Shown here in pieces: positions 26,201 to 39,300 of a stretch of 64,000 nt of DNA (position 1 is its first letter; each line of letters opens with the position of its first letter). Under the pieces are notes generated by a model. That model was not told the origin of the DNA and made no database searches. It worked only from the letters and a program-made list of their open reading frames with translations. The translations under genes and the position numbers were made by a program. The stretch lies in assembly GCA_002269645.1 (NCBI GenBank), contig NIVC01003468.1, forward strand, positions 32,388-96,387, given 5' to 3'. The stretch comes from Macrostomum lignano (Eukaryota).

Positions 26201-29200
26201 AGAAAAGTATCGGAACTGAGGGAGTAGATGTACAATTGTACATTGCGAAGGGCAGAAAAGTATCGGAACTGAGGGAGTAGATGTACAATTGTACATTGCG
26301 AAGGGCAGAAAAGTATCGGAACTGAGGGAGTATATGTACAATTGTAGATTGCAAAGGGCAGAAAAGTATCGGAACTGAGGGAGTAGATGTACAATTGTAC
26401 ATTGCGAAGGGCAGAAAAGTATCGGAACTGAGGGAGTAGATGTACAATTGTACATTGCGAAGGGCAGAAAAGTATCGGAACTGAGGGAGTAGATGTACAA
26501 TTGTAGATTGCGAAGGGCAGAAAAGTATCGGAACTGAGGGAGTAGATGTACAATTGTACATTGCGAAGGGCAGAAAAGTATCGGAACTGAGGGAATGGAT
26601 GTACAATTGTACATTGCGAAGGGCAGAAAAGTATCGGAACTGAGGGAATGGATGTACAATTGTACATTGCGAAGGGCAGAAAAGTATCGGAACTGAGGGA
26701 ATGGATGTACAATTGTGCATTGCGAAGGGCAGAAAAGTATCGGAACTGAGGGAGTAGATTGTACAATTGTACATTGCGAAGGGCAGAAAAGTATCGGAAC
26801 TGAGGGAGTAGATGTACAATTGTACATTGCGAAGAGCAGAAAAGTATCGGAACTGAGGGAGTAGATGTACAATTGTACATTGCGAAGAGCAGAAAAGTAT
26901 CGGAACTGAGGGAATGGATGTACAATTGTACATTGCGAAGGGCAGAAAAGTGTCGGAACTGAGGGAATGCACGACTACGTGATAATCGGACCAATCTGTA
27001 CAAAAAAGTTTTAGCAAAGTAGTACTTTTAAGTTTTAGGGCTTGCCAAGATTGAAAAAACTGTAGGTAGCAACGGGAGTTAGTGATCGCAATTAAAAGAG
27101 CACTTTGCACTCAACCGCAAAAGTGCATGCAGTCGTAGGCATCCGGGCGAAATGCTCGTGCGTCACACGCGCTCTCTGACCTCACTGCCCCCCCCCCGTG
27201 ACGGCGGGTGCTGGCCGGCCGGGACGTGACTCAGCCACCGACTAGTTTTCATATCTGGCAAAGGGATTTGCCCTCGTGGGTTCAGCTCACACAGGATGGT
27301 GTAATATTGCACGGATTGATGAAAGGCAGACCCGGGGGATTCGGGGCTGGATAATATTGCCTGTTTGAGGCCTGCGCTGACAGGCCAGCTCCCGATTTCA
27401 ATGAGAAGCTGCTGTGCACTGCGCGAACTCGCCGCAACTCGAATCCTGCTTTCATTGGGATTATGAGAATGCTTGTGAATGCACTCGCGAGGGAATGTTT
27501 GTTTGCGTCCGATATGAAGATACTCGACTTCTTGGCTAGTTGGCAAACGGTTGTTATAAGAGCTAGGTTATTATTAATATGAGATAAGATAGGTGATATC
27601 AGAGATATTTGGTTTACGATTAGAGATCATTAAAAAGAGATTGGATAGGATTGATGCAAGATTAGAAATGGCTGGTGTGAGACTAGAAATCATTAAAAAG
27701 AGATTGGATAGGATTGATGCAAGATTAGAGATGGCTGGTGTGAGACTAGAAATCATTAAAAAGAGATTGGATAGGATTGATGCAAGATTAGAGATTGCTG
27801 GTGTGAGATAAGAGATCATTAAAAAGAGATTGGATAGGATTGATGTAAGATTAGAGATGTCTGGTGTGAGATTAGAGATCACTAATAAGCGATTAGATAG
27901 GATTGATGCAAGATTAGAGATTGCTGGTGTGAGACTAGAAATCATTAAAAAGAGATTGGATAGGATTGATGCAAGATTAGAGATGGCTGGTGTGAGACTA
28001 GAAATCATTAAAAAGAGATTGGATAGGATTGATGCAAGATTAGAGATTGCTGGTGTGAGATAAGAGATCATTAAAAAGAGATTGGATAGGATTGATGTAA
28101 GATTAGAGATGTCTGGTGTGAGATTAGAGATCACTAATAAGCGATTAGATAGGATTGATGCAAGATTAGAGATTGCTGGTGTGAGACTAGAAATCATTAA
28201 AAAGAGATTGGATAGGATTGATGCAAGATTAGAGATGGCTGGTGTGAGACTAGAAATCATTAAAAAGAGATTGGATAGGATTGATGCAAGATTAGAGATT
28301 GCTGGTGTGAGATAAGAGATCATTAAAAAGAGATTGGATAGGATTGATGTAAGATTAGAGATGTCTGGTGTGAGATTAGAGATCACTAATAAGCGATTAG
28401 ATAGGATTGATGCAAGATTAGAGATTGCTGGTGTGAGATTAGAGATCATTAAAAAGAGATTGGATAGGATTGATGCAAGATTAGAGATGGCTGGTGTGAG
28501 ACTAGAAATCATTAAAAAGAGATTGGATAGGATTGATGTAAGATTAGAGATGGCTGGTGTGAGACTAGAAATCATTAAAAAGAGATTGGATAGGATTGAT
28601 GCAAGATTAGAGATGGCTGGTGTGAGACTAGAGATCATTAAAAAGAGATTGGATAGGATTGATGCAAGATTAGAGATGGCTGGTGTGAGATTAGAGATCA
28701 CTAATAAGCGATTAGATGGGATTGATTCAAGATTAGAGATGGCTGGTGTGAGACTAGAAATTATTAAAAAGAGATTGGATAGGATTGATGCAAGATTAGA
28801 GATGGCTGGTGTGAGACTAGAGATCATTAAAAAGAGATTGGATAGGATTGATGTAAGATTAGAGATGGCTGGTGTGAGACTAGAAATCATTAAAAAGAGA
28901 TTGGATAGGATTGATGCAAGATTAGAGATGGCTGGTGTGAGACTAGAGACCATTAAAAGAGATTGGATAGGATTGATGCAAGATTAGAGATGGCTGGTGT
29001 GAGACTAGAGATCATTAAAAAGAGATTGGATAGGATTGATGCAAGATTAGAGATGGCTGGTGTGAGACTAGAGATCATTAAAAAGAGATTGGATAGGATT
29101 GATGCAAGATTAGAGATGGCTGGTGTGAGACTAGAGATCATTAAAAAGAGATTGGATAGGATTGATGTAAGATTAGAGATGGCTGGTGTGAGACTAGAAA

Positions 29201-31722
29201 TCATTAAAAAGAGATTGGATAGGATTGATGCAAGATTAGAGATATCTGGTGTGAGACTAGAGATCATTAAAAAGAGATTGGATAGGATTGATGTAAGATT
29301 AGAGATGGCTGGTGTGAGACTAGAGATCATTAAAAAGAGATTGGATAGGATTGATGCAAGATTAGAGATGGCTGGTGTGAGACTAGAAATCATTAAAAAG
29401 AGATTGGATAGGATTGATGTAAGATTAGAGATGGCTGGTGTGAGACTAGAGATCATTAAAAAGAGATTGGATAGGATTGATGCAAGATTAGAGATATCTG
29501 GTGTGAGACTAGAGATCATTAAAAAGAGATTGGATAGGATTGATGTAAGATTAGAGATGGCTGGTGTGAGACTAGAGATCATTAAAAAGAGATTGGATAG
29601 GATTGATGCAAGATTAGAGATGGCTGGTGTGAGACTAGAAATCATTAAAAAGAGATTGGATAGGATTGATGTAAGATTAGAGATGGCTGGTGTGAGACTA
29701 GAGATCATTAAAAAGAGATTGGATAGGATTGATGTAAGATTAGAGATGGCTGGTGTGAGACTAGAGATCATTAAAAAGAGATTGGATAGGATTGATGCAA
29801 GATTAGAGATGACTGGTGTGAGACTAGAGATCATTAAAAAGAGATTGGATAGGATTGATGCAAGATTAGAGATGGCTGGTGTGAGACTAGAGATCATTAA
29901 AAAGAGATTGGATAGGATTGATGCAAGATTAGAGATGGCTGGTGTGAGACTAGAGATCATTAAAAAGAGATTGGATAGGATTGATGTAAGATTAGAGATG
30001 GCTGGTGTGAGACTAGAGATCATTAAAAAGAGATTGGATAGGATTGATGTAAGATTAGATTGCACAAAGCGGATTGTTCCCAGCCAGCCAAACACTGCGT
30101 ACTTCTCTGTCAGCGTGAGGCGGAGGGCGGGCAGTCGGCAGTCGGCAGTGAGCGCACTGGTATCCCGAGGCAGTCAATGAGACGGATTTCATTAGGGCAG
30201 CCGTGAGCAGCTCGGGCCCCGCCTCAAAATCTATTATTCCACTGCGCAGCTGCTGCCACAGCCTCCCAGCCTGATGAAGATGATTAAGTTTTCTCCCAAT
30301 CTCCTCCCCCGTGCGCAGCTGCCTGCCTCCTGCTTGCGCTTTTCTATTCATTTTTTGCGAGTACCGCAAATTCGGTCCACGGTGCCGCAGCTGATGGCGG
30401 CGCCTTCAGCTCGCCAGAAGCGAACAGGTTCTGCAAATTGCTCGACTCGTCCGAGTGTTTAACTTCTAGAAAACTTTGAGCAGCTGGGGGCTGTTCGGCC
30501 TGGGGTTGAAGGAGGGTAGCAGAGGCAGGCGGAGGGTAGCAGAGGCAGGCGGAGGGTAGCAGAGGCAGGCGGAGGGTAGCAGAGGCAGGCGGAGGGTAGC
30601 AGAGGCAGGCGGAGGGTAGCAGAGGCAGGCGGAGGGTAGCAGAGGCAGGCGGAGGGTAGCAGAGGCAGGCGGAGGGTAGCAGAGGCAGGCGGAGGGTAGC
30701 AGAGGCAGGCGGAGGGTAGCAGAGGCAGATGGGGGATAGCAGAGGCAGATGGAGGGTAGCAGAGGCAGGCGAAGGGTAGCAGAGGCAGGCGGAGGGTAGC
30801 AGAGGCAGGCGGAGGGTAGCAGAGGCAGGCGGAGGGTAGCAGAGGCAGGCGGAGGGTAGCAGAGGCAGGCGGAGGGTAGCAGAGGCAGGCGGAGGGTAGC
30901 AGAGGCAGGCGGAGGGTAGCAGAGGCAGGCGAAGGGTAGCAGAGGCAGGCGGAGGGTAGCAGAGGCAGGCGGAGGGTAGCAGAGGCAGGCGGAGGGTAGC
31001 AGAGGCAGGCGAAGGGTAGCAGAGGCAGGCGGAGGGTAGCAGAGGCAGGCGGAGGGTAGCAGAGGCAGGCGGAGGGTAGCAGAGGCAGGCGGAGGGTAGC
31101 AGAGGCAGGCGGAGGGTAGCAGAGGCAGGCGGAGGGTAGCAGAGGCAGGCGGAGGGTAGCAGAGGCAGGCGGAGGGTAGCAGAGGCAGGCGGAGGGTAGC
31201 AGAGGCAGGCGGAGGGTAGCAGAGGCAGGCGGAGGGTAGCAGAGGCAGGCGGAGGGTAGCAGAGGCAGGCGGAGGGTAGCAGAGGCAGGCGGAGGGTAGC
31301 AGAGGCAGGCGGAGGGTAGCAGAGGCAGATGGGGGATAGCAGAGGCAGATGGAGGGTAGCAGAGGCAGGCGAAGGGTAGCAGAGGCAGGCGGAGGGTAGC
31401 AGAGGCAGGCGGAGGGTAGCAGAGGCAGGCGGAGGGTAGCAGAGGCAGGCGGAGGGTAACAACCCGATCAAACCCCTCCCCCTGTCAGGACCGGGTCCTG
31501 ATCTCGCAGTGGAAGGAGGAGATCCTGGCTGCATTCGAGGCCGGCAACGCAATCCTGTCGCGCATGAACGACAAGGTGGGCAAGTGGTACGGCGCCAAGC
31601 TCTCCACCGGCTCCTCTGACGGCGCCGCGGCCGCCGCTGCCGCCTCGCACTCGCAGCAGTCGGGCGGCTCGCAGAGCTCCATCGATGGAGGACGGCGCAG
31701 CAGCCACAGCAGTTTCAGCTGA
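17209..31722 (+). CDS. GRK2: G protein-coupled receptor kinase 2/3 (beta-ARK / Gprk1 type), 6 exons, with a 1-nt frameshift at ~18140
   Basis: Exons 17209-17321, 17726-18178, 21931-22335, 24303-24828, 25370-25809, 31489-31722, all [26 protein letters not shown]-terminus, RH domain, kinase [11 protein letters not shown] / YRDLK|PAN / DLG / APE, AGC tail [16 protein letters not shown] domain. Exon phases are consistent only if one base is restored in exon 2. GRK2 versus GRK3 cannot be distinguished in an invertebrate. Confidence 0.95.
19540..20665 (+). repeat. 32-bp minisatellite with alternating variants (64-bp higher-order unit)
   Basis: GTGAGTCTGCATGAGACTGAACAT followed alternately by GTCTCATT or AGTGCATT; in GRK intron 2. 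Confidence 0.96.
21594..21860 (+). mobile_element. tRNA-derived SINE, family A, fuller copy
   Basis: A-box TGGCCCCGTGG, B-box GGTTCGATTCC, acceptor stem does not pair; followed by TGAGCAAGAC..CACCCAGCTGTAAAATGGGT core and a tail TCAGATGCGCCGCGCAATAGCTG shared with the copy at 35860-36012. Confidence 0.75.
22420..22808 (+). repeat. 39-bp minisatellite (GGTAGGTTGGGACTGGGACTTCAGATTGACATCCCAAAT)
   Basis: Direct repeats in GRK intron 3. Confidence 0.93.
23620..24258 (+). repeat. 21-bp minisatellite (GGCAGTGGGATCTCCATTAGA)
   Basis: Direct repeats ending ~45 bp before the GRK exon 4 acceptor. Confidence 0.95.
25029..25150 (+). repeat. 24-bp minisatellite (GGAGTCTGGGATGCCATAGCTGAA), ~5 copies
   Basis: Direct repeats with decayed flanking units in GRK intron 4. 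Confidence 0.88.
25827..26965 (+). repeat. 53-bp minisatellite with 16-bp palindrome ATGTACAATTGTACAT, ~21 copies
   Basis: Direct repeats starting ~17 bp into GRK intron 5. Confidence 0.96.
27600..30060 (+). repeat. 63-bp minisatellite (3 x 21-bp substructure), ~39 copies
   Basis: GATTGGATAGGATTGATGCAAGATTAGAGATGGCTGGTGTGAGACTAGAGATCATTAAAAAGA; 252-bp higher-order repeat at the 5' end; in GRK intron 5. Confidence 0.96.
30512..31458 (+). repeat. 20-bp minisatellite GGAGGGTAGCAGAGGCAGGC, ~47 copies
   Basis: Ends ~30 bp before the GRK last-exon acceptor; a variant block recurs at 30721 and 31321. Confidence 0.97.
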
Positions 31723-32114
31723 CTCAGTGTGGCGGCACTCAAGGCTGACTCCACGCTGAGCAGCTCAAGTGCCCCTGCTCCAGTGTGTACAGGTACATTG
31801 TGTACTTCCTACCTTCCTCGACGTGATAGAAACATTGTTCAATCTTGAACAAGATCGATTTTCCGATTTGTAAATTATGCGTTCTGTCTGGGTGTTCTGA
31901 AAAACTGACTAAGTCTATTGCTGTCCATTATTAGCCCTGTCTCTGTCTCAAAATTATTGACGCAAATGTTTTTCGGCAATGCTTTGCACCGTTTTTTTGT
32001 CCTGCATAAGTCCTGTCTCCGTTTCTAGTCTCATTCTGTGATTTCTGTGATCGTGTTGGGGACTTGGGTTTGAAAACATTTTAACAAATACGTTTGGCTT
32101 TCTGTTTTTCTGTC

Positions 32115-32600
32115 AGCTGCAGAAGCCGCTATCTAACAGCTGCAGCAGCTGCTATCTAACAGCTGCAGAAGCCGCTATCTAACAGCTGTAGAAGCCGCTA
32201 TCTAACAGCTGCAGAAGCCGCTATCTAACAGCTGCAGAAGCCGCTATCTAACAGCTGCAGCAGCCGCTATCTAACAGCTGCAGAAGCCGCTATCTAACAG
32301 CTGTAGAAGCCGCTATCTAACAGCTGCAGAAGCCGCTATCTAACAGCTGCAGAAGCCGCTATCTAACGGCTGCAGAAGCCGCTATCTAACAGCTGCAGAA
32401 GCCGCTATCTAACAGCTGCAGAAGCCGCTATCTAACAGCTGCAGAAGCCGCTATCTAACAGCTGCAGAAGCCGCTATCTAACAGCTGCAGAAGCCGCTAT
32501 CTAACAGCTGTAGAAGCCGCTATCTAACAGCTGCAGAAGCCGCTATCTAACAGCTGCAGAAGCCGCTATCTAACAGCTGCAGAAGCCGCTATCTAACAGC
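32115..32600 (+). repeat. 23-bp minisatellite CAGCTGCAGAAGCCGCTATCTAA
   Basis: Direct repeats downstream of GRK. Confidence 0.95.
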
Positions 32601-32839
32601 TAGATATGAATAAACAAATAACTCTGACTATCAGATTGTCATTTGTGATGCTAAAATGTGTTTGAATTTGTGCTGCCGGCATTTTGTGTACGATTTCGCT
32701 TACCAGCATGTTGCTGCACTGTTATCCATCCCGTTTCTAGGAATGCTTGCGAACGTACCAATTCTCCTCGTGGAATTTACGGTAGATCTGGCGCAAATAT
32801 CCCCTTTAGGATTCCTCCCATTCCCAAATTTCTGTGTCC

Positions 32840-33012
32840 TATTCCCCGTTTCTGGTCCCCCGCCTCCGGTTCCCCGTTTCCGATTCCCCGTTTCCGGTTC
32901 CCCGTTTCCGGTCCCCCGCTTCCGGTCCCCCGTTTCCGATTCCCCGTTTCCGGTTCCCCGTTTCCGGTTCCCCTTTTCCGGTTCCCAAGATTTCCCGTTT
33001 CCCCGTTTCCGG
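32840..33012 (+). repeat. Short pyrimidine-rich repeat (TTCCCCGTTTCCGG-like)
   Basis: Degenerate ~14-bp units. Confidence 0.8.
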
Positions 33013-33162
33013 TAACCCTGATTGCCGATTGTGGCTGAAAGACATTTGTAAATTCTTTATCGCATCTTCGCGTTTCTGTGTTTTCAATTTTAATTTTTGT
33101 TTAAAAACATTGCGAAAATTATTGTGCAATTAGTTAGCTAGAGCTGACCCCTCATTTACTAC

Positions 33163-33852
33163 AGATGCCCCTGACCCTCACCCACCCCAGATGCCCCTGA
33201 CCCTCACCCACCCCAGATGCCCCTGACCTTCACCCACCCCAGATGTCCCTGACCCTCACCCACCCCGGATGCCCCTGACCTTCACCCACCCCAGATGCCC
33301 CTGACCTTCACCCACCCCAGATGCCCCTGACCTTCACCCACCCCAGATGCCCCTGACCTTCACCCACCCCAGATGCCCCTGACCTTCACCCACCCCAGAT
33401 GCCCCTGACCTTCACCCAACCCAGATGCCCCTGACCTTCACCCACCCCAGATGTCCCTGGCCCTCACCCACCCCAGATGTCCCTGGCCCTCACCCACCCC
33501 AGATGTCCCTGGCCCTCACCCACCCCAGATGCCCCTGACCTTCACCCACCCCAGATGCCCCTGACCCTCACCCACCCCGGATGCCCCTGACCTTCACCCA
33601 CCCCAGATGCCCCTGACCTTCACCCACCCCAGATGCCCCTGACCTTCACCCACCCCAGATGCCCCTGACCTTCACCCACCCCAGATGCCCCTGACCTTCA
33701 CCCACCCAGATGCCCCTGACCTTCACCCAACCCAGATGCCCCTGACCTTCACCCACCCCAGATGTCCCTGGCCCTCACCCACCCCAGATGTCCCTGGCCC
33801 TCACCCACCCCAGATGTCCCTGGCCCTCACCCACCCCAGATATCCCTGACCC
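33163..33852 (+). repeat. 26-bp minisatellite CAGATGCCCCTGACCTTCACCCACCC
   Basis: Direct repeats. Confidence 0.95.
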
Positions 33853-34294
33853 TCAGCTATCAGAGAGAGAGCAATTTTCACAATTTTCATTCTAAAATAT
33901 GAAGGCCAGAATTGCCACTGTTGAATTCTCTGCAGCTGTTTACCCAAATTTCTATCATACTTTGTAGACTTGTAACTATTGTTGTAAAATGCGTCAAACA
34001 GACCCCATGGTCCTAGAAGATATTCAACTGCAATTCACTTCTGACTGCCCAGATATTCCGACAGTTGCTCCGAGTCGGAACGCGAGCTCAGATCACAAAG
34101 ATTGTACACACTGATTTTCAATAATACAACTTTACATGCAAATGATTTTGGTAGTTAATTTATCGTTTTCATAATTTTAGCTGAATTTTGTACAGTAAAT
34201 TATTGCGGTTTGATAATTGAGATCACAGAGAGTGCACATTGGTTCTTGAATTTTTCTAACCTGAGTCCGGGTGAGAGATTAGATTATGGGTTTT

Positions 34295-35008
34295 GGGAAC
34301 CTGATAGAGGGTATTGTGAATCTGATAGAGGGTATTTTGAATCTGATAGAGGGTATTGTGAATCTGATAGAGGGTATTGTGAATCTGATAGAGGGTATTG
34401 TGAATCTGATAGAGGGTATTGTGAATCTGATAGAGGGTATTGTGAATCTGATAGAGGGTATTGTGAATCTGATAGAGGGTATTCGGAACCTGATAGAGGG
34501 TATTGGGAATCTGATAGAGGGTATTGTGAATCTGATAGAGGGTATTGTGAATCTGATAGAGGGTATTGTGAATCTGATAGAGGGTATTGTGAATCTGATA
34601 GAGGGTATTGTGAATCTGATAGAGGGTATTGTGAATCTGATAGAGGGTATTGTGAATCTGATAGAGGGTATTGTGAATCTGATAGAGGGTATTGTGAATC
34701 TGATAGAGGGTATTGTGAATCTGATAGAGGGTATTGTGAATCTGATAGAGGGTATTCGGAACCTGATAGAGGGTATTGGGAACCTGATAGAGGGTATTGG
34801 GAATCTGGTAACGGGTATTGAGAACCTGGCAGCGGGGTCGCAGTGCGAGAGTCGGATCCTCAAGATTCAAGAAACCTGATTCCTGGTGCAGGGAACCTGA
34901 TTCCTGGTGCCGCAGGGAACCTGATTCCTGGTGCAGGGAACCTGATTCCTGGTGCCACAGGGAACCTGATTTCTGGTGCCGCAGGGAACCTGATTCCTGG
35001 TGCAGGGA
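34295..35008 (+). repeat. 21-bp minisatellite (GAATCTGATAGAGGGTATTGT) followed by a 22/25-bp repeat (GGGAACCTGATTCCTGGTGC..)
   Basis: Two adjacent arrays, 34295-34830 and ~34873-35008. Confidence 0.92.
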
Positions 35009-35859
35009 GGCGAAAGTTGTTAAGTCAGTTCAAAGTAGAACCTCAAAAATTCACATTTGGCATTCGGCAAGCAATCAGAGGCGCTCTCTCGTGCAGCGCT
35101 ATTCGGCATGAAATCCGGAGGGAATGAGCAGGAGGGGACGGGCGGAGGTCGCGCAGCCTCAGCTCCCAGCAGATGTTCAGCGGCAGCTGCAGCTCTGAAG
35201 GGAAACCCAATTTGCGCCACGACTTCTCAAAGCAGCTGCCCCGCCGGCGGCCTTTGTGTAATGGGACACCCCGGCCTCTCGGTTCCTCCCACCCATCTCC
35301 CCCTCTCCCAGCCAGCCCTCTGGGCCAGACTGTCCGCGGGATTTCATCTCCCAGGCCCCGGCTGGGCTCAGCTGAAAAGTGCATCATGCGCGAGCTGCAT
35401 GGGCAGGGCAAGTCTGTAGTGAAGTGATTTGGGCGGGCGACCCTCTGCCTGACTGATTGAGTAACCGAAATCATGGGGGAGAGGCATTAATCATTCCGTC
35501 CTCTGACTGGTCTGGCAAAGATCCCCTAGTCAGCGACCTTTGCGGTTTAGTCAGCTCAGAGGCGTCGCTCGCATCGCGGCACTCGAACGCCAACGCTTCA
35601 GCATCGAGGAAAGACAGACAGGACGTAAAGAGAATCGAGAAAGTCAACGTCGATTTTCTACAAAATCATGCGCTGTACTGCCTACTAACAGTACGAGATT
35701 TATGGACATACAAATAAAGTAGTGTGCAGCGACAGAAAAATCCAGCAAATCATATTGTAGAATAATCACAGCCTCATGTAAGACAGACGGCACTATGTAA
35801 CGCATATAATATTTTCTCAATAGAAAAAAATAATATAATAATTGATTACACCTGCCCTA

Positions 35860-36012
35860 ATGGACACATGTGCAACCGACAGCTATTTCGCGGCGCATCT
35901 GATGGCTGCGTACGGCTGTTCTTGCTCAAGGACACAAGTTGTTCCGAGTGGGATCCCGAATCGAACCCTCGACCTTCAACTCGTGAGTACGAGGCCCTAA
36001 CTATTAGGCTAC
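35860..36012 (-). mobile_element. tRNA-derived SINE, family A, internally deleted copy
   Basis: Reverse complement reads GTAGCCTAATAGTTAGGGCCTCGTACTCACGAGTTGAAGGTCGAGGGTTCGATTCGGGATCCCACTCGGAAC..CCTTGAGCAAGA then jumps to the tail TCAGATGCGCCGCGAAATAGCTGTCGGTTGCACAT, matching 21594-21860. Confidence 0.75.
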
Positions 36013-36306
36013 TGGTTCTAAGTATAAGATATTCTATGGGTTTGAGGTCGGTATGTGATTAAACTACTTTAATTTTGCGGGATGTATTCAGATAAATCCC
36101 GGAGCCATACTTGTATGTCTATGGTTGAAGTTGGGGATGGGGGTGTGGGGGCGAAGCCTTAGGCCTGAGCCTACCGATCTCACCGATGCACTTTAAGTTT
36201 TTAAAACTTTCAACACATTTAAAAAACCCTTTAATTGTCAGTTACTTCTTCTTCCAGTGGTTTTTGGGAGGCTGAATTTCCACCTCATCAACTCGGGGCG
36301 GCGTCA

Positions 36307-39300
36307 TCACCAGTCATCGTAGGCCACGCCTGAGTCCGTGTCGCTCAGCCGCCACAACTTTGAGTCCGCCCGCTGTCGTCCCGGCTGCGGCTCCGAGCTG
36401 GACGCTGCTGCGCACTCGACCAAGAAGTTGGCCAGCGCCGCGAAGGAGTTGGGCTCGTCCGCCTCCGCGCAGCTCAGAGTCAGCCGGTAGAAGCCCGGCC
36501 GCAGAATCCGCGTCCTGATGGAGAGCAGCCTGCTGTTGGACTCTACGGTGCAGAGCTGCTGCTCCGTCCGGTCCTTCAGCGCCGGCTTCAGCACTGCCAT
36601 CGCTCGGACCGTCCCCAGCGTCGGCAGGCGCAGCTCGAACTCGCCGACTGGAGTTTTCAACCAAAACTCCTGCGAGTCGCCGAAGTTGGCGGAGAAGCCG
36701 AACTTTCGAGGACTGCTGCAGAGGCCGTAGAAGCCGCTGAAGTCGGGGAACGGACTGGCGGAGGAGGTCTGGCGGGCCAGGATCTGATAGGAAGCGATCA
36801 CGTCTGACGCGCTGGCCTCATCGTCAGTGCTGGCAAAGACCTGCAGCTCCCAGAAGGTGCCGCTTGTCGGCGGTCTCGCCGTCACGGTTGCTTCGTTCCG
36901 GCGATAGTCCAGCACCGCTGCAATGTGCTGGCCGCTCACTCGCTGCCCAGTTCTCGGGTGAACGAACCGGGCAATGAACTGCTTCAGCGGCTTTCCCGTG
37001 CCTTTGAACTTCAGCACCGCCTCAGTGTACACTTGGATCGATTCTTCCGTGTGGGACACCAACTTCACCAGGTGTCTGTGGTGCCACAAGCGGGGAAATG
37101 CGACCAGCTTCGGTAGCGGTTTTTTGCAGCGAATAAGGAAGTTGGCGAACTCGGTGTACGCGCTCGAGACCGAGTAGATGTCTTTGCAGTTCAGAGTCAG
37201 GCGGTAAAACCCCGCTCTGCTCATTCTAATCCTCACGGTGAGCATCAGGTAGTCCATCTCCACCGAGCAGCTGCTGCTTTGCTGGTCCAGGGCCTTGGCG
37301 AACTGCAGAGTGGGGCTCACCCGCACAGGCATGTAGGTGGGGAAGCGCAAGCTGCACTCGCCGCCGTCCACCTCGATGCAGAAGCCGTCACTGGAGCCGA
37401 ATTCTTTCTTGAAGCCGAAAATGTGCGGGTCAAGCTTCGCGCCGTAGAAGCCGTCAAAGTCCGGGAACGGTTCTTTGTCCACCGGCCCACTGGATTTCAG
37501 GTAGAAGAACGCCAGCCACTCGAGGTGAGCATCTTCGACAGAGGTCAACTCAATGGCGGCGAACAGCCGGAGCTCCCAGTAGGTGCCGCTAGTGGGCACG
37601 CGGACGAGCACCACGGCCTCCCTGCAGCGCCAGTCCAGCACAGCGGCCGCCAGGCTGCTGCGGCACCTCTCGCCTGTTTCCAAGTTGAAGAACGCGGCGC
37701 CGAAGTGGCTCAGCGGATTTTGGGCCGCCCAGAACCGCAGCTTCATCTGGCCGGAGCTGTCAATCAGGGCGCTGCTGTGGGACCTCAGCTGCACGCCCAG
37801 CCGGTAGCAGGCCTCCCGCCGCCTGACTCGGCTGTGAAATGTCTCAAGGTCGATGGGATCCTTCATGAGCTGCCACGGCTTGCTGGCCTCGGGATTCGAG
37901 TTCAGGAGCGGGAAGTGGTCGCTCAGAAAGACCTCGGGAGCAGGCAGAAAATAAAAGTCGGTCTGGCGTCTCTCGAAGACGCCGCTGTCGGAGAAGCAGC
38001 CGGAGCCCAGCAGGCAGTCCATGAAGCCCCATTTGCCGTCCACCCGCACCGCCAGCCAGTCGTGGTTGACTCGAGTGTCCACTGTCAGGGCTTTCAACGG
38101 GCTGTAGCCGAAGTCCTTGGCGAACCCGGTGATCTGCTTGGACGCTACGCCAAAGATTCTATGAAAATATTTAATATTTAAAAGTATGAGGGCGCTGTCA
38201 GGACACAGACAGAAGATTAACAATATCCTGTGCTCGTGCCTTACCTAAGCAGGCAGTGCGCAATGAAGTTGAATTCATTCTTTGCTCCGATGCCGCGCTG
38301 GAGCGCGGACTCGGCATCTCGCAGTGACAGTTGGGCCTTCGTCTCACTGGAGTCGAGTCTGCAGGTACAAGTAGAGTAGAGGACATTATCATCCAAGATC
38401 TTTATCACACCGGCTTCTATTATTTTGGTAATCGGGCGTTGATTTTTGATGAGGCAAAAGTGAAACTAAAAGTGAAGCAGCCTCACGTAATGTTTCCGGT
38501 GATCCACATGTAAACTGCGCGAACCTTCTCCAGCTCGGTGCTGGCAGCGGACTCGATGTAGGCAGCCAGCGATTGCAGCGTCTGCGCCGCTTCCGGTGGA
38601 GCCTGCGGGGTTGTTCGGGCTGGTTCTTTAAGATTTAGCTGTGGGTTTCTAATGATTAGCCACGGTGGGTTGAGAGTGATCTAACCACAGTGGGTTGAGA
38701 GTGATCTAACCACGGTGGGTTGGGAATGATCTTACCACAGTGGGTTGATAGTGATCTAACCACGGTGGGTTGGGAATGATCTAACCACAGTGGGTTGAGA
38801 ATGATATAACCACGGCGGGTTGAGAGTGATCTAACCACGGTGGGTTGGGAATGATCTAACCACGGCGAGTTGAGAGTGATCTAACCACAGTGGGTTGAGA
38901 GTGATCTAACCACGGTGGGTTGAGAGTGATCTAACCACAGTGGGTTGAGAGTGATCTAACCACAGTGGGTTGAGAGTGATCTAACCACAGTGGGTTGAGA
39001 GTGATCTAACCACGGTGGGTTGGGAATGATCTAACCATAGTGGGTTGAGAGTGATCTAACCACGGTGGGTTAGGAATGATCTAACCACAGTGGGTTGAGA
39101 GTGATCTAACCACAGTGGGTTGAGAGTGATCTAACCACAGTGGGTTGAGAGTGATCTAACCACAGTGGGTTGAGAGTGATCTAACCACAGTGGGTTGAGA
39201 GTGATCTAACCACAGTGGGTTGAGAGTGATCTAACCACAGTGGGTTGAGAGTGATCTAACCACAGTGGGTTGAGAGTGATCTAACCACAGTGGGTTGAGA

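Noticed and set aside
644-31722. Functional GPCR-GRK-E3 ligase cluster
   Set aside because: Thematically attractive, but proximity of animal genes alone is not evidence of a pathway; conserved synteny would be needed.
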